Made by a program: the position numbers and the translations under genes | Shown here: one piece after another, positions 38,323-49,204 of the stretch | Position numbering within the stretch: the first letter of the stretch is position 1 | Layout: each line of letters starts with the position of its first letter | Origin: Acidobacteriota bacterium | GTDB taxonomy: Bacteria > Acidobacteriota > Thermoanaerobaculia > Multivoradales > JAHEKO01 | Assembly: GCA_029862975.1 (NCBI GenBank) | Contig: JAOTWP010000003.1 | Coordinates: forward strand, 5,904-69,903 | Direction: 5' to 3' | Length of the DNA stretch: 64,000 bases | Notes under the pieces: model-generated | The model's database searches: none | What the model saw: the letters and a program-made list of their open reading frames with translations, nothing else | Told to the model about the DNA's origin: nothing

Positions 38323-39105
38323 ATGAAGCGTTGGATTCCGATGTTCATCGTAGGGGCTCTGATCTTCGGTGTCGCTGCGTTTGCGCAGGGACAGATCGAG
38401 ATCATCCTGAACGGGGAGGCGACCCAGGTGGCCCCGGGGACGACGTTGGCCGATCTCGTCCGTCTCCTCGGCCGTGACGTGGACGACGTCGACGTCACGT
38501 ACAACGGCGAAGCCGTCAAGGACCGCGATCTCGACGACATCATCGTCCAGGCCGGCGACCGCGTCTCGATCGTCGAGGAAGACGACGAGGACCGCTTCGG
38601 GCTCGGCATCGGCATCGGGCTCGTCAACCTCGACGAGGAGTTCCTCGCAGACGACGTCGAGACCTACCTGACCGTTCACCTGAGAATCGCGTTCGGCGAC
38701 CCCCGCGCCCACCGGGGCAGCCGTCCCGGCCTGCGTGGCTACCTCGAGCCTGAGATCGGCTACTGGCAGAGCGACACCGCCAGCGACACGCTGCTCGGCA
38801 TCAACATCATCGGCTCGTTCCCGTTCAACGCCCTCGACTTCTTCGTCGGCGCCGGCGCCGGCATCCACATGCTCGAGACCGACGCCGTCGTCGTCGACGG
38901 CGACTTGGTCCAGGCGGCGAGCGACGACACCGCCTTCGGCGTCAACGCCCAGTTCGGGGTCGACGTCCACCTGACCGAGACGGTCACCGTCTTCGGGACC
39001 GGCCGCTTCGACATCATCGACTCCGCCGACAAGGACCAGCCGGGAAGGGGTTTCAGCGACTCGCTCGAGGCCAAGGTCTACCTCGGTCTGCGGTTCCGCT
39101 TCTAG
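38323..39105 (+). CDS. signal peptide + ThiS/MoaD-like beta-grasp domain + 8-strand outer-membrane beta-barrel
   Basis: ATG at 38323 with an AAGGAG RBS. Signal peptide IVGALIFGVAAFAQG. QIEIILNGEATQVAPGTTLADLVRLLGRDVDDVDVTYNGEAVKDRDLDDIIVQAGDRVSIVE reads like ThiS. It is followed by alternating-hydrophobic strands and a terminal YLGLRFRF. Confidence 0.7.
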   Translation: MKRWIPMFIVGALIFGVAAFAQGQIEIILNGEATQVAPGTTLADLVRLLGRDVDDVDVTYNGEAVKDRDLDDIIVQAGDRVSIVEEDDEDRFGLGIGIGLVNLDEEFLADDVETYLTVHLRIAFGDPRAHRGSRPGLRGYLEPEIGYWQSDTASDTLLGINIIGSFPFNALDFFVGAGAGIHMLETDAVVVDGDLVQAASDDTAFGVNAQFGVDVHLTETVTVFGTGRFDIIDSADKDQPGRGFSDSLEAKVYLGLRFRF

Positions 39106-39135
39106 ATCCCCGCACGACACGGACTCCCCGCGAAG

Positions 39136-39166
39136 GACGGCCGCGAGGCCGTCTTTCTTCTTCTCT
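39136..39166 (+). terminator. rho-independent terminator
   Basis: GACGGCC-GCGA-GGCCGTC followed by TTTCTTCTTCTCT, 30 nt after the stop at 39105. It lies between convergent genes. Confidence 0.75.
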
Positions 39167-39245
39167 GGCCCGCCTGGCAGCGGCGCTTCCCCGAGTCGAT
39201 ACGGCTCGCTCCCCCGAGGCTGCCGGCTCGGGCCGGTTTCGGATC

Positions 39246-42140
39246 CTAGGGAGCTTCGACCCGCTCTTCGTCTTCGACCCAGGCCGCCAGCGGCTCGCAG
39301 GTGCAGACGAGGTGGCGGTCGCCGTAGGCGTTGTCGATGCGCGCGACCGGCGGCCAGAACTTGCTCTCCCGCAGCCAGGGCAGCGGGAAGCAGGCTTGCT
39401 CGCGGCCGTAGGGGTGCGGCCAGGAGTCGGCGGTGGCCTCGAGGCCCGTGTGGGGAGCGTTCTTGAGCACGTTGTCTTCCGGGTCGGCCTCTCCGGACTC
39501 GACGGCTCGGATCTCGCGGCGGATCTCGATCATCGCGTCGCAGAAGCGGTCGAGCTCGTCCTTGGACTCGCTCTCCGTGGGCTCGATCATCATCGTGCCG
39601 GCCACCGGCCAGGACATCGTCGGGGCGTGGAAGCCGTAGTCGATCAGGCGCTTGGCGATGTCCTCGACGTGGATGCCGGCGGTGTCCTTGAAGCTCCTGG
39701 CGTCGATGATGAACTCGTGGGCGACGAGGCCGCCCGCTCCGACGTAGAGCACCGGGTAGTGCGGCGCCAGGCGCCGGGCCATGTAGTTGGCGTTCAGGAT
39801 GGCGACCTGGCTGGCGCGGCGCAGCCCGTCCGGCCCCATCATCGCGATGTACATCCACGAGATCGGGAGGATCGCCGGGCTGCCCCAGGGAGCCGCGGCC
39901 ACGGGTCCGATCGAGCGCTCACCGCGGTCCGCGAACGGGTGGCCGGGGAGGTAGGGCGCGAGGGTCTCGTTGACGCAGATCGGCCCCATGCCAGGACCGC
40001 CGCCGCCGTGGGGGATGCAGAAGGTCTTGTGGAGGTTGAGGTGACAGACGTCGGCTCCGTAATCCCCCGGCCGGCACAGGCCGGTCTGGGCGTTCATGTT
40101 GGCGCCATCGAGGTAGACCAGTCCGCCGTGGCGGTGCACGATCTCGCAGACCTCGCGCACCTCGGCCTCGAAGATCCCGTGCGTCGACGGGTAGGTGATC
40201 ATGAGAGCGCCGAGGCGGCCGGCATGCTCGGCGGCCCTGGCCCGCAGATCCTCGAGATCGATGTTGCCCCGCTCGTCCGCGGCGATCGGGACGACCCGGA
40301 ACCCCGCCATCACGGCGCTCGCCGGGTTGGTGCCGTGGGCCGAGGTGGGGATGAGGCAGACGTCGCGCTCGGCCTCGCCGCGGTCGGCGTGACAGGCGCG
40401 GATGGCGAGCAGGCCCGTGTACTCGCCCTGGGAGCCCGCGTTGGGCTGCAGCGAGGTCGCCGCGAAGCCCGTGATCTCGGCCAGCCAGCGCTTCAGATCG
40501 TCGAAGATCTCCCGGTAGCCCGCCGCCTGGTCGGCCGGCGCGAACGGGTGCAGGTCCGTGAGCTCGGGCCACGAGACGGGGACCATCTCGGCGGTGGCGT
40601 TGAGCTTCATCGTGCAAGAGCCCAGCGGGATCATCGAGTGGGTCAGCGAGACGTCGCGCTGCCGGAGGCGGTTGATGTAGCGCAGCAGCTCGTGCTCGGA
40701 ATGGTGGCGGTGGAACACCTCGTGTGTCAGATACGGCGACGTGCGCGCGAGCCCGGCGGGCAGCGCCTCCCCCGCTGCGGCGAGCAGCTCCTCGACGTTG
40801 GGGACCTCGGCGGAGCTCCCGGCGAACGCTGGCAGGACCCGTGCGAGCTCGTCGGCGACGACGGCCTCGTCGAGAGCGATGCCCACGCTGCCGTCGCCGA
40901 GGTCGCGGAGGTTGATGCCCAGGTCGCGAGCCCGCGCGAGCACGGCCGCCGGGGCTTCGCCGGCGGGGGTGACGCGCAGCGTGTCGAAGAAGCCGTTGCC
41001 GTGGACCGCCGCTCCGATCCGGCGCAGGCCCGCCGCCAGCGCCACGGCCGCGCGGTGGACCCGCGCCGCGATGGCGCGCAGACCCTCGGGGCCGTGGTAG
41101 ACGGCGTACATGCCGGCCATGATGGCGAGCAGCACCTGGGCCGTGCAGATGTTGCTGGTGGCCTTCTCGCGCCGGATGTGCTGCTCGCGCGTCTGGCGGG
41201 CCAGCCGCAGTGCGGGCCGGCCGTGGCGGTCCTTCGAGACGCCCACGATGCGGCCGGGCAGGAGGCGCTCGAGGTCGTGGGTGGTGGCCATGAACGCGGC
41301 GTGGGGACCGCCGTAGCCCATCGGCACGCCGAAGCGTTGCGAGGAGCCGACGGCGACGTCGGCGCCGAGCTCACCGGGCGGGACGAGCAGGGTGAGCGCG
41401 AGAAGGTCGGTGGCGACGACCACGAGGACGCCGTTGGCGCGCGCTCTGGCGATGAGCTCCCGGGGGTCCTCGATGCTGCCGTCGGTCGCCGGAAACTGCA
41501 GCAGCATGCCGCACAGGTCGGGATCCTCGAGGGGGGCGCGGGCCGCGTCGCCGACGATCAGGCGCATCCCGAGGGGCTCGGCCCGCGTGGCCACCACGGC
41601 GCGGGTCTGCGGATGGCAGGCGTCACTCAGGAAGAAGGAGGAGCGTTTGCCGCGGGCGCTGGCGCGGCACATCAGCATCGCCTCGGCGGCGGCCGTCGCC
41701 TCGTCGAGCAGGGAGGCGTTGGCCACGGGCAGCGCCGTCAGATCGGCCACCATGGTCTGGAAGTTGAGGAGGGCCTCGAGCCGTCCCTGAGCGATCTCCG
41801 CCTGGTACGGGGTGTACGGGGTGTACCAGCCCGGGTCCTCGAGGACGTTGCGCTGGATCACGCCCGGCGTGATCGTCGCGTGGTACCCGGCGCCGAGGAA
41901 GGAGCGCAGCACCCGGTTCTTGCCCGCCCGGGCGCGCAGGTCGGCGAGGAGCGCGTGCTCGGTGCGAGCGGCGGGCAGATCGAGCGCGCCGTCGATCCGG
42001 ATCCCGGACGGAATGACCCGCTCGCTCAGCGCGTCCAGGGACTCGAGCTCGAGGAGGTCCAGCATCGAGCGAATCTCGCGGTCGTCGGGCCCGAGGTGGC
42101 GGCGCTCGAAGCGGTCCAAGGGGGAAAGAGGAGATGCCAT
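39246..42140 (-). CDS. gcvP: glycine dehydrogenase (decarboxylating), single-chain P protein
   Basis: ATG at 42140 ([18 protein letters not shown]). Motifs: [41 protein letters not shown] (PLP lysine region). 964 aa. The upstream 560 aa of the track ORF is junk. Confidence 0.92.
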   Translation of the reverse strand: MASPLSPLDRFERRHLGPDDREIRSMLDLLELESLDALSERVIPSGIRIDGALDLPAARTEHALLADLRARAGKNRVLRSFLGAGYHATITPGVIQRNVLEDPGWYTPYTPYQAEIAQGRLEALLNFQTMVADLTALPVANASLLDEATAAAEAMLMCRASARGKRSSFFLSDACHPQTRAVVATRAEPLGMRLIVGDAARAPLEDPDLCGMLLQFPATDGSIEDPRELIARARANGVLVVVATDLLALTLLVPPGELGADVAVGSSQRFGVPMGYGGPHAAFMATTHDLERLLPGRIVGVSKDRHGRPALRLARQTREQHIRREKATSNICTAQVLLAIMAGMYAVYHGPEGLRAIAARVHRAAVALAAGLRRIGAAVHGNGFFDTLRVTPAGEAPAAVLARARDLGINLRDLGDGSVGIALDEAVVADELARVLPAFAGSSAEVPNVEELLAAAGEALPAGLARTSPYLTHEVFHRHHSEHELLRYINRLRQRDVSLTHSMIPLGSCTMKLNATAEMVPVSWPELTDLHPFAPADQAAGYREIFDDLKRWLAEITGFAATSLQPNAGSQGEYTGLLAIRACHADRGEAERDVCLIPTSAHGTNPASAVMAGFRVVPIAADERGNIDLEDLRARAAEHAGRLGALMITYPSTHGIFEAEVREVCEIVHRHGGLVYLDGANMNAQTGLCRPGDYGADVCHLNLHKTFCIPHGGGGPGMGPICVNETLAPYLPGHPFADRGERSIGPVAAAPWGSPAILPISWMYIAMMGPDGLRRASQVAILNANYMARRLAPHYPVLYVGAGGLVAHEFIIDARSFKDTAGIHVEDIAKRLIDYGFHAPTMSWPVAGTMMIEPTESESKDELDRFCDAMIEIRREIRAVESGEADPEDNVLKNAPHTGLEATADSWPHPYGREQACFPLPWLRESKFWPPVARIDNAYGDRHLVCTCEPLAAWVEDEERVEAP

Positions 42141-42344
42141 GTTCGTTCTCCGCCCGTCCCGGTCGGGGGACGGTTCCGGTGGGCCGTGCAGGATCGCGTC
42201 GACCCTCGGCCGCGGGTCCCGCGGCGAGGCGGATTGTACCCCGGCGTGCCGCTCGGCGCAGGCCCCGCGGCGCGGGGCCCCGCCGGGGCTTTCGCGATAG
42301 GCTGAGGGCTGCGGGCGGTGCAACCACGCCGCCGGGCCGAGATC

Positions 42345-43025
42345 ATGACCGCTGCCGCTCTTCATCACGTGCGCCTGTTCCCGCTCACGGGGACTCTCTT
42401 GCTGCCCGGCACGTTCCTGCCCCTGAACGTCTTCGAGCTCCGGTATCGCGAGCTCGTGGCGGACGCCATGAAGGACGATCGACGCATCGGCATGATCCAG
42501 CCGCTGGCGCCGGCCAGCGACAACTTCGGCCCGGTCGTCGGCGACGCGGAGCGGCCGCCGCTCTACGGCGTGGGCTGCGTCGGCGAGGTCGTCGAGTGCG
42601 ACCCGCAGGCCGACGGCCGCTTCTGGATCGTGCTGCGCGGGGAGTCGCGCTTCCGCGTCGTCAGGGAGCTGCCGCTCGACGAGGGCGGCTACCGCCGGGT
42701 GCTGGCCGACCTCGCGGTCTTCGCCGCCGATCTCGAAGAGCCGGGCCGCGAGATCGAGATCGCGGACTTCCTGGCGACGGCCGACCGGTTCCGGCGGGCG
42801 CGAGGCCTCGAGTTCGACATGGACCTTCTGGCCTCGCTGCCGGCGCCGCAAGCGGTGAACGCGCTCTGCGCGGCGCTGCCCCTGGAGCCGGCCGAGAAAC
42901 AGGCGCTGCTCGAGGCGGCCGGACTCGAGATCCGGCGCGACCTGCTGGCCGGCCTGCTCGAGATGCAGCTCACGACCCCCGCCTGGGAGCCGCGGCCGCC
43001 CTACTCGAGTCCTTCGGTGAACTGA
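42345..43025 (+). CDS. LON N-terminal (substrate-binding) domain-only protein
   Basis: [28 protein letters not shown] and [10 protein letters not shown]...[16 protein letters not shown] match the LON_substr_bdg pattern. There is no ATPase or protease part. Confidence 0.75.
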   Translation: MTAAALHHVRLFPLTGTLLLPGTFLPLNVFELRYRELVADAMKDDRRIGMIQPLAPASDNFGPVVGDAERPPLYGVGCVGEVVECDPQADGRFWIVLRGESRFRVVRELPLDEGGYRRVLADLAVFAADLEEPGREIEIADFLATADRFRRARGLEFDMDLLASLPAPQAVNALCAALPLEPAEKQALLEAAGLEIRRDLLAGLLEMQLTTPAWEPRPPYSSPSVN

Positions 43026-43175
43026 CGCCGGGTCGAGCCGGCGCCGCGGCGCCTGGACCAGGCTCCGGTTGGTGGCCGGCTTCCCGGCCGCACCGATCCG
43101 GGCGCGGGTCCATCGCGGGTCCATCGTGGGTCCATTGTGCGGCGGGCCCGGTTCTGGCAGGATCGGGGTCCTCTC

Positions 43176-44015
43176 ATGAGCGACCCCGGCGACTACGAGC
43201 TCGACACCTTCGAGAAGCACGACACCGCCGATCTCACCGCCGATCTCGCGGGCCGATCCCGGACGCTCTGGCCGTGGCTCGTGGCCCTGGCCGTGGTCCT
43301 GGCGCTCGCCGCGGCCTGGATCTACTGGCGCTACGTCACCGCCGCTCCGGCGCCCGAGGTCGCCGCCCCGACGGCCCCGGCGCCGGAGGAGCCCGCGCCC
43401 GCGCCGGTCGCGATCGAGGCGATCGACCTGCCGCCGCTCGCGGAGAGCGACCCGTGGCTGCGGGACGTCGTCGGCCAGCTCTCGGAGAATCCCCAGCTGT
43501 TGACGTGGCTGCTCAACGACGACCTCGTCAGGCGGCTGGTCGCGGCCGTGGACAACGTGGCCGAAGGCGTGAGTCCGCGCTCGCACGTCGTCTTCCTGCA
43601 GCCGCGCGGCGCCTACCAGGCGGACGGGACGGGAGACCGGCTGAAGGTCGACGCGGCGAGCTACCGGCGCTACGAGACCCTCGCCGCCGTCATCACCTCG
43701 CTCCACGTCGACGGCACCGCGCAGGCCTACCGCACGGTGAAGCCGCTGCTGGACGAGGCCTACCGCGACCTCGGCTACCCCGGCGCCGACTTCGACGCCG
43801 TCGCGGTCCGCGCGATCCAACGGCTGCTCGACACGCCGGTGGTCCCGGAGCCGGAGCTCGAGCGATTCGCCTCGAGCTACAAGTACGCCGACCCGCGGCT
43901 GGAGGCCCTCGACGACGCGCAGAAGCAGTTTCTACGCCTCGGCCCCGAGAACCTCCGCGCCATCCAGGCCCACGTGCGGCGCATCGCCGAGCGCGCCGGC
44001 CTGGCGGTGCGCTAG
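43176..44015 (+). CDS. DUF3014-like membrane-anchored protein
   Basis: Single N-terminal TM ([21 protein letters not shown]), a Pro/Ala linker, then [18 protein letters not shown]..., typical of DUF3014 as I recall it. Confidence 0.6.
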   Translation: MSDPGDYELDTFEKHDTADLTADLAGRSRTLWPWLVALAVVLALAAAWIYWRYVTAAPAPEVAAPTAPAPEEPAPAPVAIEAIDLPPLAESDPWLRDVVGQLSENPQLLTWLLNDDLVRRLVAAVDNVAEGVSPRSHVVFLQPRGAYQADGTGDRLKVDAASYRRYETLAAVITSLHVDGTAQAYRTVKPLLDEAYRDLGYPGADFDAVAVRAIQRLLDTPVVPEPELERFASSYKYADPRLEALDDAQKQFLRLGPENLRAIQAHVRRIAERAGLAVR

Positions 44016-44023
44016 CCAAGCGG

Positions 44024-46969
44024 CTACAGGCTCTCGGCGCCGGGCTTGACGATCAGGCCCCGCCCCTCGCGGCCGCGCAGGACGGTCGTCAGAGGCTCGT
44101 CGAACCGGACGTGGCGCAGGTGCTCGGTCGTGCTGGCGGCGGGCTGCTCGTCGAGCCAGTCGAGGTCGATGAACTCCTTGCCCTTTCCGGTGAGGGGGCA
44201 GCCGAGCGGCAGCGTGAAGTAGCCGATGCGCAGCGAGGTGATGTTGTGGAAGAAGTGCGTCCCCTGCGACGGCTCCACGCGGTAGTTGGCGGGCGACGCC
44301 TCGACGATCGCTCGGACGTTCGAGATCTGCGACCATTGGACGGGGATTCCCAGCCACTCGTCGGCGCTGCCCCAGCGTCCCGGGCCGATGAGGAGGAAAG
44401 GCCGCTTTTCGGCTCTGAGGGCGTCGTTGATCCCGCCGATCTCGGCGGCGATCCGGCGGTTTTGGCTCGGCCGCCAGCTCTGGGGCATGACGTACACGAC
44501 GTCCCGGATCTCCCGCTCGACGCCGTGTCCCAGGGTGTTGCTGCTGGCGCACAGGAGGTCCTCGGGCGCAAACCGGCTCTTGGGGGGCGAGGCGAGGGTG
44601 GGCCGGGCGGTCATCGGTCTCACCTGCAGCGCGAGAAGCTCCGGGTTGCACCAGAGGCCGCCGCTGCCGGCCTCGTCGATCTGCAGGGCGAACTCGATCT
44701 CGACCTCGCGCCCGAGGCCGCGGCGGGCGACGGTCATCAGGTGCCTGAGGGTCTCGACCAGGGGCAGCGAGCGGTGCTTCAGGATGTTATGGAAGCTCAC
44801 CACCCGGGGTCCGGGCAGCGAGAGGTCCTCGACCAGCCGCTGGTCGGCGTTGCTGAACACGCTGCCGACGAGACCGAGGACCCCGTCGGCCTCGGCGTCC
44901 TTGAGATCGTAGCTGCGCACGGCATCGAGCGCGTCGACGGTGCCGTCCGCCGTCAAGTCGACACCGTAGAAGTTGCGCTGGGTCGACCGCAGGGCCGAGC
45001 GCGGCGTCGCGATCTGCGGCAGCACCTCGGGGTGCCGCGGACTGAACCGGACGGAGAGGCCGCCGTCCACGATCATCCGTCCCAGTCCCAGCGCCAGGTG
45101 CACGACGCCGTGCTCGGGCTTCTGGGGAGCGATGGGGTAGAAGTTCCGCGTCACGGCGACGCCGGAGATCGCCGGATAGAAGCGGTCGCCGTGGCGGGCT
45201 CCGACGACGCTCTGGATCATCACCGCCATCTTCTCGCGCTCGGCCGGGGCGCCGGAGCGCTCGCGGTAGGTGCAGGCGTCGCGCAGGAAGGTCGAGGCGT
45301 AGACCTGACGGATCGCGCGGGCCAGCTCGTCGCGCCGCCGGTCCGGGGAGCCGCCGATGTTGGGGATCATGAGAGTCGCGTAGATGCCGGCGAACGGCTG
45401 GTGGGCGGAATCCTCGAGCAGGCTCGACGAGCGCACGGCGAGCGGGCCGGGGAGCGTGGTGGCGATCGCCTCGAGGTCCGCCTCGAGGCCGTCCGGCAGG
45501 GGGCGTCGCGCGAAGCGCGCGCCGACCTCCGCGTCGTCCTCGCAGGCGATCGCCCAGCTGACGAGTTCGTCGTCGACGAAGGTGTCGAAGACCTCGGTGG
45601 TCAGGACGACCGTCCTGGGGACGCGGATCGGCAGCGCGCCGCTCGGCGGCCGCCCCAGGTCGCCGAAGCGCTGGTGCAGGAAGGCGAGGCCGCGCGCTTT
45701 GGCGCCCAGGGATCCTTCGCCGATGCTCGAGAAGTGGTCCTGGGAGAGCTTGCCGCGCTGGAACTCGGTGACGATGCCGCTCTTGCCGCGGAAGAGCGCG
45801 TCGCGCAGCCTGCTCAGCAGGTGCCGGCGCAGGGCCTCGATGTCCTCGAAGTCGGAGATCTTCTTGGGCCGGAGCTCCTCGGCCAGCTCGAACTCGCTGC
45901 GCGCCATGAGCCAGACGGAGAAGTCGTCCCTGGAGGCGTGGTGCTCGATGCACTCGGCGGGCACCTCCGCGACGAGGCGCCTGAGCTCGGCCACGTCGGA
46001 GGCGCGGGCGAGCTCGCTGCCGTCGGCGAGCCGGAAGACGAAATCGCCGAATCCCAGATGCTCGACGAGGAACGCCTTGACCCCCGGCCCGATGTCGCGG
46101 CTCGCCTTGTCGATGAACAGGCCCCCGAGCTCGGCCGCCTTCTCCGCGTTCTGTTTCTCCGCCGACTGGAAGAGGACCGGCATGTCCGGGTGGTCGGCGC
46201 GGATGCGCCGGGCGAACCGGAACCCGGCCTCGCCATCGAGCGCGCCCGCGCGCGGTAACCGCACGTCGCAGATCAGGCCGAGCAGGCTGGGTCCGTAGCG
46301 CTCGTAGAGTTCCAGCCCCTGCTCGTAGGACGTGGCATGGAGGATCTTGGGCCGGGAGCGGGTGTAGAGCTTGCGCTGGAGCTCGTTGAGGCCCTCGAAG
46401 TACAGCGACTTCGCCTGCTTCATCAGCTCCTCGTAGAGCATGCCGAGGAAGCCCGAGTACTGGAGCGGGGAATCCTCGAGCACGAGGATCGTCCGCACGC
46501 CGGCCGCGGTGTCGTGGTCGGCGTTCATTCGATCCTCGACCAGCTTGATGAGGCCGAGGAGAACGCTCGAGTCGCCGGTCCACAGGTAGGTCGAGTCGAC
46601 AACCTCGTGGTCGAGCACCGTCTCGACGTCCTCGAGCTCGCGGGGGTCGAGAGCGAGGTAGACGATCGGCTTGTTCGCGTACCGGCGGCGGACGCTGCGT
46701 GCGAAGTCGTTGATGCTCTGGTCGGCCAGCGAGCTCATCACGATGATGAGGTCGAACCAGGCCTTCTCGAGGCGCTTCATCGCCTCCCGGCCCGAAGACG
46801 CCTGGTGCACCCGGGGCGGGGAGGAGAGATCGAGCGCCCGGAACTCGTTGTAGAGCTGCTCGCTCAGCCGCCCGTCCTCTTCGAGGATGAACGCGTCGTA
46901 GGGCGACGAGACGAGCAGGATCTCCCGGACCCGGAACGGGATGAGGTCGTGAAAGCGTTGGGCTCCCAA
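44024..46969 (-). CDS. response-regulator-like protein: pseudo-receiver + receiver + PEP/pyruvate-binding (PPDK_N ATP-grasp) domain + C-terminal domain
   Basis: TTG start with GGAG upstream. REC-like 1 is REILLVSSPYD...FDLIIVM, with no acceptor Asp in the usual place. REC 2 is TILVLEDSP...LLGLICDVRLP. The PPDK_N pattern is GAKARGLAFL...LAVRSSSLLEDS...FAGIYAT...MAVMIQ. Confidence 0.75.
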   Translation of the reverse strand: MGAQRFHDLIPFRVREILLVSSPYDAFILEEDGRLSEQLYNEFRALDLSSPPRVHQASSGREAMKRLEKAWFDLIIVMSSLADQSINDFARSVRRRYANKPIVYLALDPRELEDVETVLDHEVVDSTYLWTGDSSVLLGLIKLVEDRMNADHDTAAGVRTILVLEDSPLQYSGFLGMLYEELMKQAKSLYFEGLNELQRKLYTRSRPKILHATSYEQGLELYERYGPSLLGLICDVRLPRAGALDGEAGFRFARRIRADHPDMPVLFQSAEKQNAEKAAELGGLFIDKASRDIGPGVKAFLVEHLGFGDFVFRLADGSELARASDVAELRRLVAEVPAECIEHHASRDDFSVWLMARSEFELAEELRPKKISDFEDIEALRRHLLSRLRDALFRGKSGIVTEFQRGKLSQDHFSSIGEGSLGAKARGLAFLHQRFGDLGRPPSGALPIRVPRTVVLTTEVFDTFVDDELVSWAIACEDDAEVGARFARRPLPDGLEADLEAIATTLPGPLAVRSSSLLEDSAHQPFAGIYATLMIPNIGGSPDRRRDELARAIRQVYASTFLRDACTYRERSGAPAEREKMAVMIQSVVGARHGDRFYPAISGVAVTRNFYPIAPQKPEHGVVHLALGLGRMIVDGGLSVRFSPRHPEVLPQIATPRSALRSTQRNFYGVDLTADGTVDALDAVRSYDLKDAEADGVLGLVGSVFSNADQRLVEDLSLPGPRVVSFHNILKHRSLPLVETLRHLMTVARRGLGREVEIEFALQIDEAGSGGLWCNPELLALQVRPMTARPTLASPPKSRFAPEDLLCASSNTLGHGVEREIRDVVYVMPQSWRPSQNRRIAAEIGGINDALRAEKRPFLLIGPGRWGSADEWLGIPVQWSQISNVRAIVEASPANYRVEPSQGTHFFHNITSLRIGYFTLPLGCPLTGKGKEFIDLDWLDEQPAASTTEHLRHVRFDEPLTTVLRGREGRGLIVKPGAESL

Positions 46970-47063
46970 GGTTCGACTCCGCTCGTGTCGATTCCGCCGC
47001 CCCGAGCGCAGCGCGCGGGGGCGGCGGACTCATCCTACCGTCCGGCGGTATCCGAGGCCGCGA

Positions 47064-48407
47064 CTAGACGAGGCCCTGGTCGAGCATGGCGTCGGCGACC
47101 TTGATGAAGCCGGCCACGTTGGCCCCCTTCAGGTAGTCCACGAAGCCGTCCTCGCGCTTGCCGTGCTTGACGCAGGTCGAGTGGATGTTCGTCATGATCG
47201 CCTGCAGCCGCTGGTCGACCTCGCTGCGCGACCAGCCGAGGCGCATCGAGTTCTGGGTCATCTCGAGGCCCGACACGGCCACCCCGCCGGCGTTCGAGGC
47301 CTTGCCCGGGGCGTAGAGGATGCCGGCGCCGAGGAAGCTTTCGATGGCCTCCGGGGTCGTCGGCATGTTGGCGCCTTCGGCGACGCAGCGGCAGCCGTTG
47401 TCGAGCAGCGCCTTGGCGTCGTCGTCCCTCAGCTCGTTCTGCGTGGCGCACGGCAGCGCGACGTCGGCCGCCACCGACCACGGCCGCTCGCCCTCGAGAT
47501 ACGCGGCCGACGGATACTCCGCCACGTACTCGCTGATCCGGCCGCGGAGGTTGTTCTTCAAGTTCAGCACCCACTCGAACTTCTCCCGGTCGATGCCTTC
47601 CTCGTCGACGATCGTGCCGCCGGAATCGGAGAGGGTGAGAACCTTGCCGCCGAGCTCGAGGACCTTCTCGGTGGCGTACTGCGCGACGTTGCCGGAGCCC
47701 GAGACGAGGACCCGTTTGCCGGCGAAGTTCTCGCCCCGCGACGCCAGCATCTCGCGGGCGAAGTAGACGAGCCCGTATCCCGTCGCCTCGGGCCGGATCA
47801 GCGAGCCGCCCCAGTTGGTCCCCTTGCCGGTCAGGACGCCCGTGAACTCGTTGGCCAGCTTCTTGTACATCCCGAAGAGGAAGCCGAGCTCGCGGCCGCC
47901 GACCCCGATGTCGCCGGCCGGCACGTCCGTGTTGGGGCCGATGTGGCGATACAGCTCGCACATGAAGGCCTGGCAGAAGCGCATCACCTCGCCGTCGCTC
48001 TTGGCTCGCGGGTTGAAGTCCGAGCCGCCTTTGCCGCCGCCCATGGGCAGCGTCGTCAGGCTGTTCTTGAACACCTGCTCGAAGGCGAGGAACTTGAGGA
48101 TGCTCAAGTTGACGCTCGGGTGGAACCGCAGGCCTCCCTTGTAGGGGCCGATGGCGCTGTTCATCTCGATGCGGTAGCCGCGGTTGACCTGCACCCGGCC
48201 CTGGTCGTCCATCCAGGGGACGCGGAACATGATGACCCGCTCGGGCTCGACGATCCGGTCGAGGATGTTGGCGCTGCGGTACCTGGGATTGCGCTCGACG
48301 ACCGTCCACACCGACTCGACCACCTCGTGGACGGCTTGCTGGAACTCGGTCTCGCCCCCGTTCTTGACGGCGACTTGCTGCAGGAATTCGTCCATAGAGC
48401 GGTTCAT
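47064..48407 (-). CDS. gdhA: NADP-specific glutamate dehydrogenase
   Basis: Motifs: GPYKGGLRFHPSV, LPMGGGKGGSDFNP, VPAGDIGVGGRE, GSGNVAQY, NAGGVAVSGLEM. Confidence 0.93.
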   Translation of the reverse strand: MNRSMDEFLQQVAVKNGGETEFQQAVHEVVESVWTVVERNPRYRSANILDRIVEPERVIMFRVPWMDDQGRVQVNRGYRIEMNSAIGPYKGGLRFHPSVNLSILKFLAFEQVFKNSLTTLPMGGGKGGSDFNPRAKSDGEVMRFCQAFMCELYRHIGPNTDVPAGDIGVGGRELGFLFGMYKKLANEFTGVLTGKGTNWGGSLIRPEATGYGLVYFAREMLASRGENFAGKRVLVSGSGNVAQYATEKVLELGGKVLTLSDSGGTIVDEEGIDREKFEWVLNLKNNLRGRISEYVAEYPSAAYLEGERPWSVAADVALPCATQNELRDDDAKALLDNGCRCVAEGANMPTTPEAIESFLGAGILYAPGKASNAGGVAVSGLEMTQNSMRLGWSRSEVDQRLQAIMTNIHSTCVKHGKREDGFVDYLKGANVAGFIKVADAMLDQGLV

Positions 48408-48546
48408 GCGATGGCTCCTTTGCCTGGGTCTTGGGGATTGGTGGTCGCGGGCCGGCGGCGCGCGGGGGAATGCTCGGCTACCCGGGGCGGAGATGCAACC
48501 CCCCGCAGGGTGGTGCAGGGACGGCCTGGCGGGCGGGGCGCCGGGG

Positions 48547-49179
48547 TCAGGGCGGCGAGCCGCCGGCAGGGGTGGTGGCGCGGCGGCGGCGTGCCCAGGC
48601 TCCGATCACCAGCTGGCTCGGGATGAAGACCACCAGCGGATAGAGCACGATGCTCGCCATCAGGAAGGCCGCCGGCGGCATCAACGTCTGCTCGACGCCG
48701 AAGGGCCGCCACAGCCAGTTGAGGTTGAGCTGCGGATCGGCCAGGAAGCTCAGGGGCAGGACCATCGCGGTGATCAGGCTCTGCACCTTCCAGGCGCGGC
48801 GGTCGAAGCCGAGGCGACGGACGGCCCAGAGCAGCAGGATCGGCACCCACAGGTGAAACAGGGAGAGCGCGCGCACGACGATGGGCTCGGCCGGGTCGAA
48901 CATGTACTCGGTGCCGCCGATCGGGTGGAAGCCGAGCGCCAGACGGCCGGCCACGTCGACGATCCAGAACAGCTGGATGAGCACGACGCCGACGGCCGCG
49001 GTGGAGAAGAGAACCCGGCTCTCGGCCCACAGCGCGAAGAGGATCACGAAGTTGCCCACGTCGCAGAGCCACAGAAAGTTGACCGGCCCGACCGTGGCGG
49101 CGTACACGGGAACCCAGAGCGCGAACCACCCGCTGTAGGCGACCTTCAGCCAGAGCGGAATGGCGCCGCCCCGGGTCAC
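48547..49179 (-). CDS. hypothetical polytopic (about 6 TM) membrane protein
   Basis: It has a protein-like composition with clear TM helices (WFALWVPVYAATVG, FVILFALWA, AVGVVLIQLFWIV, LFHLWVPILLLWAV, ITAMVLPLSFL, FLMASIVLYPLVVFIP). I did not recognise the family. Confidence 0.6.
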   Translation of the reverse strand: MTRGGAIPLWLKVAYSGWFALWVPVYAATVGPVNFLWLCDVGNFVILFALWAESRVLFSTAAVGVVLIQLFWIVDVAGRLALGFHPIGGTEYMFDPAEPIVVRALSLFHLWVPILLLWAVRRLGFDRRAWKVQSLITAMVLPLSFLADPQLNLNWLWRPFGVEQTLMPPAAFLMASIVLYPLVVFIPSQLVIGAWARRRRATTPAGGSPP

Positions 49180-49204
49180 TCGCGACTCCGCTGGCGGACC
49201 GGTG

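Noticed and set aside
42141-42344. Glycine riboswitch upstream of gcvP.
   Set aside because: I could not find the conserved GGAGAG...CACCGAAGGGGCAA...CUCAGGCAAAAGGAC blocks on the minus strand; only CACCGGAACCG is present. An Infernal scan would be decisive.
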